From Bugula neritina (lineage: Eukaryota > Animalia > Bryozoa), in assembly GCA_964035545.1 (NCBI GenBank), contig OZ037767.1:31884628-31948627 (forward strand): DNA of 64,000 nucleotides, written 5' to 3'. Of the stretch, positions 26,531 to 39,712 are shown one piece after another. The notes under the pieces were generated by a model, which had not been told where the DNA came from, did not search any database, and saw only the letters and a program-made list of their open reading frames with translations. The position numbers and the translations under genes were made by a program. Each line of letters begins with the position of its first letter. Positions within the stretch are counted from its first letter, which is position 1.

Positions 26531-29500
26531 ATGAAAGTGCACTGTGTTACATGCACAGCTCCTGTAAACATCGCTGTTGTAAAATATTGTAAGTTTTTAA
26601 TTTTATAACTTGAACTTAGAGTGGTACTTTTATTTTTAATTTTAGTTTCTCTTTAACTTACTCTTAGTATTACTCTTCTACTTACAGTTACTACTTAAAT
26701 GTTAGTTTGACTTTTGTTCTCTGAGTCAGTAGATCACTGAAAATAAAGCAAGAACTCACTTACTTGACAGAAGTCATGCTATCCTCTATTGACTATTTTA
26801 ATTTAATTTAGCATTTACTATTGCTACTGGACACCGGACACTGGTGGTAATTACTGTTAGTGTTAGTACTACATTTAGTTGTAAAATAAAAATGTAATGC
26901 GAAGTCACACACTTATGGTTACTGAATTATTGTTACCCTGACTTGTTGTTTCATTATTTATGATTGTTCAATAATATTAATTTAGAGTCTGGCTCTAAGC
27001 TTGTTATTACTGTTATAATTGAGCTACTAGTACTTGTTGATTTAGTACTAACTGCAGGTAAATACTTATTTATCTATTTGAAATAGTAATATATTACTAT
27101 TAGCTATTGATAGAAAACAATTTTTTGAATATCAAATATTTGAAGATTAAACTACTCAGGTTATCTTAAGATTAATCATTAATGTTTAGATTTTAGCCAC
27201 CAGGATATTTATAAATATGAATATCAATATTTATATACACACAGATGAAATAATTGAAAGCTCATTTTGGTTTTAGTATTTAAATTTCAAATTAGATTCA
27301 GATTATATCATTTTTGAATTATTGTAACAATCGTGAGTCATGATTTGTGTTAAAGGTGATTGATAGTATTAAATTTTATTATTTTGTTTGTCGAGGCTTT
27401 CAATTTAGCAGTTCAGTGGTGGTATCATACTTATTTAAAAGGCCTGCTGCAATTGAAGGTTTGATAATTTTAAGTTTGGCTTACAATTGGAACTGGATAG
27501 TGTGAGTGAGTTTACTATACACAATACATGTATTTGTCTAGGGGGTAAGAGAGATGAAGATCTTATACTACCCATCAATGACTCTCTCAGTGTTACACTC
27601 TCTCAAGACCAGGTAGATGATCTACTTATAGACATATAATAGTACTAATAGATGATCTACTCTAGACATATAATATTACTAATAGATGATCTACTATAGA
27701 CATATAATATTACTAATAGTTTATCTACTATAGACATATAATATTACTAATAGTTTATCTACTATAGACATATAATATTACTAATAGTTTATCTACTATA
27801 GACTTATAATATTACTAATAGTTTATCTACTATAGACATATAATATTACTAATAGGTGATCTACTATAGATGTATGATATTACTAATAGTTTATCTACTA
27901 TAGACATATAATATTACTAATAGGTGATCTACTATAGATGTATGATATTACTAATAGTTTATCTACTATAGACATATAATATTACTAATAGGTGATCTAC
28001 TATAGACATATATCATTATATCAGCTTCATCAGAGTGATTATAATCTAATTAACTGAAAATCTTTTCACAGAATAAACTTCTGCTGTTTTCTTTGCTCTA
28101 TCTTTTTGGTACCGGTAATTATGTTTACTGTCATTATGTTTGCTGCCATTACGTTTGCTGTCATTACGTTTGCTGCCGCAGTTGTGTGCCAAGACGAGCG
28201 TGATGGCCAGTCCGACGTTTACAGAGGACAGGATATGGTTAAACGGCAAGTGAGTGAGCGGGTAACTCATGGGGAGGCAACATCTTAAATACTCTTTATT
28301 TAATATTATTTGTTGAATTTAAATGAGTGGCTCTATATGTATTTGCATGGGATTTTAATATTTTGTTGAAATAATTCTTTAAAATCTTCGAACAACTTTT
28401 GTCAGTTTCAAACAACACACCTTTAAGCATATTTAATTGTATAGTTAGTGTTTGAGATATGGTTGAGTTATATAATGTTACATTTTATATATTTATATAA
28501 TATTATGTTTTATATTGTTATATAATGTTTGTTGTAGAGAAGAGTCTATGGCTAATAAAAGACTTCAGAATGTTCTCAAAGAAGGTATAATTTCTAATCT
28601 TCCTTTATGACTCAAACACTGAGGGATTTTAGTAACACAGGTAGTAACACAGGTAGTAACACAGGTGGTAGTACAGGTAGTAGTACAGGTAGTAACACAG
28701 GTAGTAGCACAGGTAGTAAGACATCAAAGCTGTGATATGTTTACTTCTAGTAAAAAGGTTGGCACTGCAGAAAAGGCCTGCTGATGGTGACAACAAGAAA
28801 CTGGTTGAGTTGGGGTCTCACGTGCACATCTGCTCGGAGAATAACTTTCCCACCGCTGCCGGGCTAGCATCAAGTGCTGCCGGATATGCCTGTCTAGGTA
28901 GATAGATAGATTATCTTACTGATGAGTCTATACATGTACTCTATTCTAGCGATATCCTTATTTCATATATTATGTTGTTGTAGTGTTTGCTCTGTGCAAG
29001 CTCTTTGGTGTAGAAGGTAACATCAGCAAAATTGCCAGGTGAGTGTCTTCTCTGCATATGAATTCACACACATATACATGTGTATACACACACGTATATA
29101 CACGCATGTACACACACTACACACATGTACACACACATGTATGCACACATGTACACACACTACACACATGTATATACACACATGTACACACACATGTATA
29201 CACACATGTACACACACATGTATATACACACATATACACACACATGTACACACATGTACACACACATGTACACACACATGTACACACACATATACACACA
29301 CATGTACACACACATGTACACACATGTACACACACATGTACACACATGTACACACACATGTACACACACATGTACACACACATGTACACACACATGTACA
29401 CACACATGTACAAACACAGCTACTCTACTTCTACACATTGTCTCGTCTCCTTCAGAGTTGGATCAGGAAGTGCCTGTCGCAGTCTGAATGGAGGGTTTGT

Positions 29501-30456
29501 GGCGTGGAGGAAGGGCAGTCTAGCTGACGGAGCTGACAGCGTGGCCCAACAGGTCGCCCCTCAATCTCACTGGCCTCAGCTTAAAGCTCTCATACTAGTG
29601 GTAAGCAGTGTCCAATCAGCTGAGAGCTCTCATACTAGTGGTAAGCAGTGTCCAATTAGCTGAGAGCTCTCATACTAGTGGTAAGCAGTATCCAATCAGC
29701 TGAGAGCTCTCATACTAGTGGTAAGCAGTGTCCAATCAGCTGAGAGCTCTCATACTAGTGGTAAGCAGTGTCCAATTAGCTGAGAGCTCTCATACTAGTG
29801 GTAAGCAGTGTCCAATTAGCTGAGAGCTCTCATACTAGTGGTAAGCAGTGTCCAATTAGCTGAGAGCTCTCATACTAGTGGTAAGCAGTATCCAATCAGC
29901 TGAGAGCTCTCATACTAGGGGTGTATGACATGTCCACATGGTGTGTGCAGGTGTCTGCTGATAAGAAAGCTGTGGGAAGTACAGCAGGTATGGGCACCTC
30001 TGTAGAAACTAGTCAACTCCTGGCGTACAGGTCTACAGACATAGTACCTGGGAGGATGGAGAACATGGAGACGGCTATTCTAAACAAGGATTTCGAGACG
30101 TTTGCCCGACTCACCATGCAGGTATGACAGGGTCAGCGGATAGAGTCAGCATTGTATTCATGTTTGTTGTCTTTTCTTGTTAGGTTGTGTTGAAGTATTT
30201 CCCTATATGTTATAGGACAGCAATCAGCTGCACGCTGCGTGTCTAGACACGTACCCTCCCATCTTCTACATGAATGATACGTCTAGGAGGATAGTCAACC
30301 TCGTACACGCCTACAACAGCTTCCAAGGGCGTACCAAGGTCAGCTCTCTCTCGCTCTTTTTCGAACACTACACACATGCACACACACTCACACACACACG
30401 CGCGCACACACACACTCACACACACACATACACACACACACACACTCACACACACG

Positions 30457-30490
<34 letters not shown>

Positions 30491-30519
30491 GACACACACT
30501 CACACACACACACACAAAG

Positions 30520-30551
<32 letters not shown>

Positions 30552-30564
30552 ACACACACACAAA

Positions 30565-30618
<54 letters not shown>

Positions 30619-30619
30619 G

Positions 30620-30651
<32 letters not shown>

Positions 30652-31449
30652 ACACACACACACACACACAGTGATACACTATATTCTAATGCTTCAGGTT
30701 GCCTACACATTTGACGCCGGCCCCAATGCTTGTCTCTACCTTCTAGAAGATTCTGTAGATGAAGTTATCTCTCTTGTGGCCCACTACTTCCCCTCATCCT
30801 CTGGAACTCTAGAGATCAAAGGGATACCAGTGGACCAAAGTGTAGTCAATAAAGTAATGCTCCACTGACTTCTACAGTAGTGTTTGGGTTCAGTTAGCTG
30901 ATACGCTTCTAGATGTTCATGAGATGAGTTGCTATAACTAGTTTATTACTTGTAGGAGTTTACTGACAGTTATAAAGTGGGGCCGTACGCTGACAGCCTT
31001 TCTTATGTCATATCTACTGAGGTAAGACCTTAGTCTACACATCTCTTTAGTAATCACATTCACGGGAATGTTGGGGAACCACCAGTATTATCTAGAGGTT
31101 TCTTAGCTGGCTGAAAGACTATAACTACATCTGTGTGACTTGTTTTCAGTGCTAGTTACTCCTATCTCCCTAGTTACTCCTATCTCCCTAGTTACTCCCT
31201 AGTTACTCCTATCTCCCCAGTTACTCCTATCTCTCTAGTTACTCCCTAGTTACTCCCCAGTTACTCCTATCTCCCTAGTTATTCCTATCTCCCCAGTTAC
31301 TCCTTTCTTCCCAGTTACTCCTATCTCCCCAGTTACTCCATGCTTGTAGAAGCCATGTTATCTTGTTACAGGTGGGTGGTGACCCCAGAGTTCTCGACCA
31401 ATCGGAATCCTTACTCAGTGAAGATGGAATGCCCGCAACTACTAAATAG
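26531..31449 (+). CDS. MVD: Diphosphomevalonate decarboxylase
   Basis: Exons 26531-26588, 27542-27612, 28182-28249, 28538-28584, 28751-28897, 28984-29038, 29456-29600, 29951-30121, 30216-30338, 30698-30853, 30956-31021, 31372-31449. Signature motifs [48 protein letters not shown] and YTFDAGPNA. Confidence 0.97.
27613..28012. repeat. 34-bp minisatellite starting at the MVD exon 2 donor
   Basis: ~12 copies of CTACTATAGACATATAATATTACTAATAG(TTT/ATG/GTG)AT. Confidence 0.92.
28631..28718. repeat. 12-bp minisatellite AACACAGGTAGT
   Basis: ~7 copies in MVD intron 4. Confidence 0.85.
29065..29418. repeat. TGTACACACACA-type simple repeat
   Basis: MVD intron 6. Confidence 0.9.
29577..29918. repeat. 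40-bp exon-end plus donor minisatellite
   Basis: 8 copies of GTAAGCAGTGTCCAAT(C/T)AGCTGAGAGCTCTCATACTAGTG. Confidence 0.97.
30365..30670. repeat. Imperfect (CA)n
   Basis: MVD intron 9. Confidence 0.9.
31152..31340. repeat. 18-bp minisatellite TAGTTACTCCTATCTCCC
   Basis: MVD last intron. Confidence 0.88.
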
Positions 31450-32055
31450 TGTACACTGTAGTTAACCTAGTATATACTAACTAGTATATACTAGTTAGTA
31501 TATACTAGTTAGTAGTGAGTAGCTGACAGCTACGTACAAGCACAATCTTATACACTGATTTAGACTTTCTTATTAAAGTAACCTTGACCTCAGGTTTAGA
31601 TGTGTAGTGAAGGACAAATTATGTTTCCTTTATGTGGACTGAAAATAAATCTTGTAATTAGCAAGTCTTCTTTTGTCGATGCTAACTATATACTAGCTAC
31701 AATACTACACCTTACACACTTGACTAGCTCAGTAGAATGTATGATCACTTTCCTATTGACAGGCACCCACCTATCTACCCTTCATTGCCCCCACACACTG
31801 GCCAGCTGTCTAGTGTAGAATAGGGAGCTGCTGGGTTGAAAATTGTCATCCTTTACAAGATAAATCAGTTAATAAATGTACCTTTATTCTTGCTCTATAT
31901 ATGTACATATCTAGGTAAAACAAAGTTGAGTATATGTAAATAAGTAATATGTAAATAAGTGTTCAGTAACATGTGCTGAAAATGAAAATAATTTGAATGA
32001 GTTGAAACCAACTATTCTGGAGTTGAAGACAGATGAGTAGCTCTCTGCTACATAA

Positions 32056-32425
32056 ATAAAGGTATATCTACAAGTATACCCTGCAATGCTGACACATATT
32101 AATAAAGGTATATCTAAAAGTATACCCTGCAATGCTGACACATATTAATAAAGTTATATCTACAAGTATACCCTGCAATGCTGACACATATTAATAAAGG
32201 TATATCTAAAAGTATACCCTGCAATGCTGACACATATTAATAAAGGTATATCTAAAAGTATACCCTGCAATGCTGACACATATTAATAAAGGTATATCTA
32301 TAAGTATACCCTGCAATGCTGACACATATTAATAAAGGTATATCTAAAAGTATACCCTGCAATGCTGACACAACATAATAAAGGTATATCTACAAGTATA
32401 CCCTGCAATGCTGACACATATTAAT
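32056..32425. repeat. 46-bp minisatellite containing AATAAA
   Basis: ~8 copies between convergent gene ends. Confidence 0.92.
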
Positions 32426-32534
32426 CAGAGACAATATTTATTTAGTGAATCAACTGCGTTAGTTTCAAGTCCTTTACTGCATGAAGACACATTGTTTAAT
32501 AGTTCTGTCACTATGGCGCATCTGTAGAGTTGGT

Positions 32535-34090
32535 TTATGGATTGGTGGCAGCTGTTGTGGGTGCTGGTGTGGGTGCAGCTGTTGTAGGGACAGCTGTTGT
32601 GGGTACAGGTGTAGGTACAGCTGTTGTGGGTACAGGTGTAGGTGCAGCTGTTGTGGGTGCTGGTGTAGGTACAGCTGTTGTGGGTACAGGTGTAGGTACA
32701 GCTGTTGTAGGTACAGGTGTAGGTGCAGCTGTTGTGGAGTTGATAGAAGAATTGGTAGCCAGTGTGGTTGCAATTGTGGAGTTGATAGAAGAATTGGTAG
32801 CCAGTGTGGGTGCAGGAGTGGATAAGTACTCACACTCAAGCTCATCACTGCTATCCCAGCAGTTTAAGGCTCCGTCACAATGTTGATCTTTCGGGATACA
32901 CTGAGTCCCATCATGACACACCCACCGGTTCTCTCCGCCACAGAGGTTTCCTGTCAAGCCAATCGTGAAGTTATTTGCACACTCTGACTCATCGTTCACA
33001 TTTGCTGGCTCTCCGGTACAGTCCACTTCTCCATCACACTTGTAGTTCTGGTGGAAGCAGCCCTCACCGGTTTCCGTATCATTGAGCGAAATGGCGCATG
33101 TGAACCGTACCTTTGTCCTACATGTTCTCCCACAATTCACTTCATCACTGCCATCTTCACAGTCTTCATACCCGTCACACCTCTGGTCCATCGGGATGCA
33201 TTCGTCAGTCCCGTTCTTGCTGCATTTGTATACGTATCTTCCCTAAAGTATCAAGCATAATATACTTTACATATGTGTGATACATCATAATATACACTGC
33301 ACTTTGATATACCATGACATGTACTGTACCATGATATATCATGACACGCAATAAACTATGATGTATATCATGAATAGGCCTATACTAAAATATCCCAACA
33401 GCACAATACCTCAACAGCACAATATCCCAACAGCACAATACCCCACACACACATGCCAACTTACCACCATTCTCTTTGCGTACTCCGTGTCCAGACAATC
33501 TTTTCCTAAATGTCCTTTCGTCAAATTAACAATCCGACTATCAAACTTTGTTAGCTTCATGTAAACGTTGTCGTTGTGTGGGTACACAGGCCACCATTTT
33601 GTGGCATATGAAGCGAGAACAGCAGCGGCTGCCCCTGTAGACAAAATCCATCAAGTCACATATTATATACTATATTATATTATATGCTATATTGTATTAT
33701 ATACTATATTATATTATATGCTATATTGTATTATATACTATATTATATTATATACTATATTATATTATATACTATATATTATTATATACTATATAGTATA
33801 TATTATTATATAAGCATAGTATATGACCCTCAGATTACTTATGTCTCATCATATAGTATTATATTAGAACTCAATTTTTAAGATATTATAAACATAATAT
33901 TCATCTATTAGTTTATACTTCAATATACTCAGATGTGTTTCTCTGGAGACCTACTTTAGATAGAAGAGGTAACAGACTTACCTATCATGAGAAGCAGAAG
34001 TACTCCAACTATATTCAGAGCCAGTCTACTGCTAGGCAGCTTGTTTCTAGCTAACTTAGTTTGTTTGTTGAATTCTAGCTTCCAGCACAT
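32535..34090 (-). CDS. LDL-receptor class A repeat protein (3 LDLa modules) with Pro/Thr-rich tail
   Basis: Exons 34090-33982, 33634-33465, 33242-32535. N-terminal hydrophobic stretch; LDLa motifs CIPMDQRCDGYEDCEDGSDE, CDGEVDC..DE and CDGALNCWDSSDE; (TTAVPTPVP)n tail followed by a stop. Confidence 0.8.
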
Positions 34091-35705
34091 GGTTCTTGTT
34101 GAACTAAATTTTAAATTTAATAAAACTTGAAGTTAAACTCTCAGGTAAAATGCTTATAAATATTTACCAGCTTATGCTACCAGGTGTAAGTAACTTTGAA
34201 ATAGGTAATCTTTTGACATCTTTTACAAATATTTTATAGTCACAACTTTCCTGTGAATGATGAAATATTAACTAATACAGTTATACTCACACAGTGTTGT
34301 TGTGTATCACAGAGAAGTTGAAATACTACTTCAGTACTTCCCACAGCCTTACTATGCTATCTGAATGCTATAGCTAGAGTCTCTAGTAGCCTCAAATTAA
34401 AACATATGGGGGCGTGTGAAGTACCCGATTGTGCTAATTCTCACTTAGTTCCTTAAGCTCTGAAACTAGAACCACACCTTTCACACTTAAGTAACTTAGA
34501 ATACCTTTCTATTCCAGTTTAGTCCAACAAGCTTGGCTATCCTTTGTGCTATATTGTATAGAATACAATAGGCTGTAGAATAAACTATTCTGTCTAATGC
34601 AGTCAAGGCACAATGCCTGTTGTTTACGTTAGAATAATATGTCCACAGCACTTGATTGCAGTTACAGCCATAATGGAGTGTAATTACTGATAGACTGTGT
34701 AATTATAATACTCTACTTTATTATTCATAACTAATGGCATGCAGCTGGTCAAAACTGAAGTTAAAAATTTAGATGGGCCATATTTAAAATTAAATAAATT
34801 TTAAGATGTAGCTGCAATGATGTATAATGTCTATATATATAATAATATAATGTCTATATAAAAATAATGTACGTAAACTTTATATGACATTTCATTTATA
34901 TATATATATAAATTTATCATTAGTGCTATTGTGAGTTTTGAATTATATATATTATACTTTTTTTTGCATATGTTGCGGTAATTTGATTGTTTATTATTAA
35001 TTGTTTATTATTAATGTTTCAAGCTTCAACATAATATTATACTATAGCCACTAAATATATTGCAGCCATAGTATGATCCTTGGTAAAATGAGGTTTCTTT
35101 TTAAACTTAATAGAGCTTTTTGTCTAAAATCTACAAATACATATATGGTCTGTACCCACACTCAAAGAACTATTATGAAGAGTACAAAAACAGATTCAAA
35201 TTTAAAAGGAGAAAAATATTGGGAGAATATTTGATGCTAGAAATTATCTAATTTTTTTTCCCTCGCACAACAAACCTTATAGGATTTATCCTCTTTTATT
35301 TCAGGGACAATTGTACTTGACATAGTATAAAACCTAAGTTTGACAAAATTATAGGAGAGGGGAAAATATCAAATTCTTCAATGAATCGATTCGGAATTAA
35401 ATAGCATAATTAGGACTTTAAGCTATCTCTAAATTGTGGGAATTTTCACCAAGTTTTTCAACTGCAACAGGTTAAAATTAGTAAAGCCGCTACTAAATAT
35501 TATAATGATTATAATACTAATTTGAATTTAGGCACTTCTATTTTGATATTTTTTTCAACAGTTTGTTCATGTTTGTAGGTAGCTAAAATTTGAAAGTGTT
35601 CTTGAATTTTGATTTTATTGTGAATATAAAAATACAATAACAATTGAAATAATTATATTTATAATTTTTATATTAATTTTAGATTCAATAGTTTAAATCG
35701 TTATC

Positions 35706-38127
35706 ATGTCAGAATATAGCATGTTTGAATCAAAGTTTATTGGAAGAAATGTTAGTAAAGTTAAAATTTGTGATCAGTCATTTGGTGCAGAATCATTTCT
35801 ATCAGGGACACACACTTCCCAGACGTTTGTTAGTGCTGTAAGTAGCTTTCCAAATTTAAATTAATCATTATCAATGTCAATATGAATATCAATTATCATA
35901 TATGATGAGTTCAATGCTGGTTTTCAAAATTTGATGTCATAAAGATAATATGTAATGTAAATAAAAAACTAATGATAAGTTATGACATTATACCTTTACC
36001 TATAGGCTAAGGGACCTCTGTCTATGACCATTACTTTTTATATTTTATTGTTATTTAATCTTTGATGGTGGAATATCTGATAAAGGCATGCTAAATCTTG
36101 ATGTTGGTGCAGCTATGTTTATGCTGGTAAACAGGACAATGAAATTATCTTGTGGTCAGTTGGTGTGGAACGATCTGAAGAAGATGTAGAAGAACCAACT
36201 ATGTCAAAGAGCAGTAGCATCTCACATGTTGGTGATGTAATGGGACTGGACGTAAGACTTGGCTAATAATATTGATAATAGATACATGTCAGCAGAGTAT
36301 TGTGTGCTGGAGATGACATCACAGGTATGTGTTGATGACATCACTTGTTTCTGTCCTCTGTTGATAGTATAAAGGTGGAATTGCTGCTGCCGCTAGCTCT
36401 AATGGCTCCGTCAGCATGTATAAACTTGACAAAATGAGTTCGTCAACTGGTTTAGAAGCCCTTCATAGTTGGTCAGCTTTACACTCCTTCAAATCAGGTA
36501 GGATGACTCCTACTATTGTGTGTTGTCAGCTTTACACTCCTTCAAATCAGGTAGGATGACTCCTACTATTGTGTGTTGTCAGCTTTACACTCCTTCAAAT
36601 CAGGTAGGATGACTCCTACTATTGTGTGTTGTCAGCTTTACACTCCTTCAAATCAGGTAGGATGACTCCTACTACTGTGTGTTGTCAGATCATGTATAGT
36701 ATACAAGGCTAGACTGGAATGTTTCTTATGATCTCAGGTAGAGAGTGTCCCTGTACAGACTTGTGTATTGAGGACAACATCGCCACCTGTGGTGAAGATG
36801 GATCAATACATATATTAGACATGACCAGACCAACACCTGTTAGATCACTTGGTAATATGTCTTCTGTACTTTCACTTCTGTACTTTCACTTCTGTACTTT
36901 CACTTTACCTCTGTACTTTCACTTCTGTACTTTCACTTTACCTCTACTTTAACTTTGCTCTGTACCTTTGCTGCCAGTATCCTGTGACAGCTGCACACTC
37001 AACTCTATCATATGGGTTAGCCCGCAGTCCGTGGCCGTAGTCAACACCTCCGGACAGCTCAAAGTCTTTGACATTCGACAAAGCGGAACTCAGCCTACTC
37101 AGAAATTCATCTTGTAAGTTAAATGACTTTTCTGCTGCTCTGCAAACACAAAAACCCTCTCTCAAGTGTTAGATGCAGATTCAATGTTGTTACAGATCTT
37201 CTGCAGATTTCAGTTCCCTCAACTGTCTGGATAAGCACCCGTCTCAGCACCACCTGGTGGCAACCGGCAGTTACAACGGAGTGCTCGGGATATACGACCT
37301 CCGACAAGACGGTGTTCCGGTGACCATACTTGAAGGTCACAGCGGCAGCTCCAGTGAGTGACCTTTAATCTTTGACCTTTGATACGTGCCCACTCTTTGG
37401 TGTTGGTGCAATGCCTTCACAGTTTGCATATTATACTCTGTAGTGTTATGTACTCTGTAGTATTATGTGGTGTTATATACTCTGTAGTGTTATATACTCT
37501 GTAGTGTTATATACTCTGTATGTTATATACTCTGTAGTGTTATATACTCTGTAGTATTATATACTCTGTAGTGTTATATACTCTGTAGTGTTATATACTC
37601 TGTAGTGTTATATACTCTGTAGTGTTATATACTCTGTAGTGTTATATACTCTGTAGTGTTATATACTCTGTAGTATTATATACTCTGTAGTATTATGTGG
37701 TGTTATATACTCTGTATGTCATATTGAATCTGATTTCTCCTTTAGTTTCTGACATCAAGTTCCACTGCCGCTCTCCGGACATGCTCTTCACCTCGGCCTA
37801 TGACGGAACCGTGTGGCAGTGGAATGGCGGGAAACCTCATCAAGGTCAGTATACGAGTATAAAGGGTGAGGCAACTCTACCATGCCTCTCGGTGCTGAGT
37901 TACCATCACTTCCTGTTGCAGGTGCCGGGGACAGCGGAGAGCAGAGCGTCTGGTTCCTGGCTGACGCTGTCAAACATAGGATAGAAGTCTCTGAGCTGAC
38001 TTCTCTCTACACTCAGGCCGGCAGCATGTCTGGATATCCTGTCAACTGTTTAGACGTCTGCAACAACATGTTGGTGTGTGGCGGCGATAACGGGGCTCTT
38101 CACTTGTTCTACGACCTCCATATATGA
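35706..38127 (+). CDS. NUP43: Nucleoporin Nup43 (WD40)
   Basis: Exons 35706-35837, 36135-36251, 36368-36497, 36738-36851, 36978-37113, 37196-37353, 37746-37844, 37922-38127. Motifs KF..NVSKV, HVGDVMGL, IATCGEDG, GQLKVFDIR, HPSQHHLVATG, LFTSAYDG..WQW and LVCGGDN. The exon 1-2 junction is the least certain. Confidence 0.88.
36472..36688. repeat. 53-bp exon-end plus donor minisatellite
   Basis: 4 copies of GTCAGCTTTACACTCCTTCAAATCAG|GTAGGATGACTCCTACTATTGTGTGTT. Confidence 0.97.
37430..37716. repeat. 17-bp minisatellite TTATATACTCTGTAGTG
   Basis: NUP43 intron 6. Confidence 0.9.
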
Positions 38128-39712
38128 CCTCAACATTTGACCTTGACATCCGCACTGCGCTGACAACTTGTATATAGTTTACTTCTGTCAAAGCTTATCC
38201 CAACTCACACTTCGCACGTTGTATAATATTTGTGAGTCATCTACTGTAAGAATCTTATCAAATGCATTTGGTGGTAGGATGTAAGCCAAAGTTTTGAATA
38301 TATGTGCAATAAAATGGTAAACAAAACTATGCATCATCTCTTTGCAACGGCGTAATTCATTAACTTTAACCCTTTACTCTGCAATGGTTTAAAAAGCAAG
38401 TAATGTCAAACACCTGGATCCTAGATGTATAATCTTACAGACAATTAAGTATGCTCAATTATTCTAAAAAGTTAATGGATACCAAATAAGGTGTTTCAAT
38501 TGATTACAAATGTTTGAAAAGGGTCACAACCTGTTGTCATGAAAATAAGAAAACATTTATAAGAAAGTCTCATCTAATCTTGCACAACTTAATCGCAAGT
38601 CCAATTCCTATAAACCTATTATTGCACAGTTATAGAACTACATATTATTATTATCATAGTTTACAACAATCATAACTTTAAGTTGCACCGTGTGATAATT
38701 CTCCGGATACTTTGTGGCAATTTGCAATGGCATAATGTAAGACGCAATATTTGGCCCTTGCTATGCGTGCAATAGCCATCACTTCATATTTAGTGTTATC
38801 GTCCCATACCACAAACATTATCAGGACTAAATTGAAATTAGATATTTTGCATCATATAAGTGCTAAGTAACATTTTTTTAAACTTAATTAAGAAATATAA
38901 AACACCAAATTAAAGTTTTGTTTTTCAAAAATAATACACGTATAAATGTGCGAAACAGTTTAGCTTTTGCAACTTCGTATCCATTGACAACATCCGGTTT
39001 AGAGTCTGTTTCGCAAGTTGAAGTTGCTGCCTTTGATTATCACTTATTGGATATAATAGTAATAAGAATACTGCTTGGGCTAGCTAAGATTAGATGTAGA
39101 GGCTGATGACTACCGCCATAAACTAATATTTGGTAAAAAATAATGTATTTTTATAAAACATAATAAATAATAATACATTGTGATGATCATTTTGATTATG
39201 CTCAACTTTAACTCTAACTAAAACTTAAACTCAATTTGAATTTCAACTTGAACTTTCTCACTTTTTCATAATTTAATTAAATTGATAAATTGATTACAGT
39301 GCGATTTTAATAAAATTGGTGGCAATTTAAACAACTGATATAAAACTAAGCTGACAATCCTTGAAGTCAATAACTGTAAGCTTTCAGTTATCTTCGCTGA
39401 TTCACTTATCATTAACTTTAGATTTAAACTAAAGATATTTTCTATCTAAAGAAGCAATAGTTTTATTAAAGTCTTAAAATCAGACATTCACCATGATGGC
39501 AATGCTGGCAACATGGTGGTTTTGGAGCTGTGTTGTGGTTCAGGAGTAATTATGAACCCATCACCTAGCACGGCACACCTGCTTTCTAAGGCTACTCTCG
39601 GTGACACTAACAATGGAGTGTTCAACATTTAATACAGTTTATCAAAGCCTTAATAGTTTATAGCAGATTTTATAGAATTTCATATGTTTGTTTTTCAGTA
39701 ATCAGCTGTGAG

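Noticed and set aside
29577-29918. CRISPR-like regular repeats (also 36472-36688 and 32056-32425)
   Set aside because: No unique spacers, no cas genes, eukaryotic context
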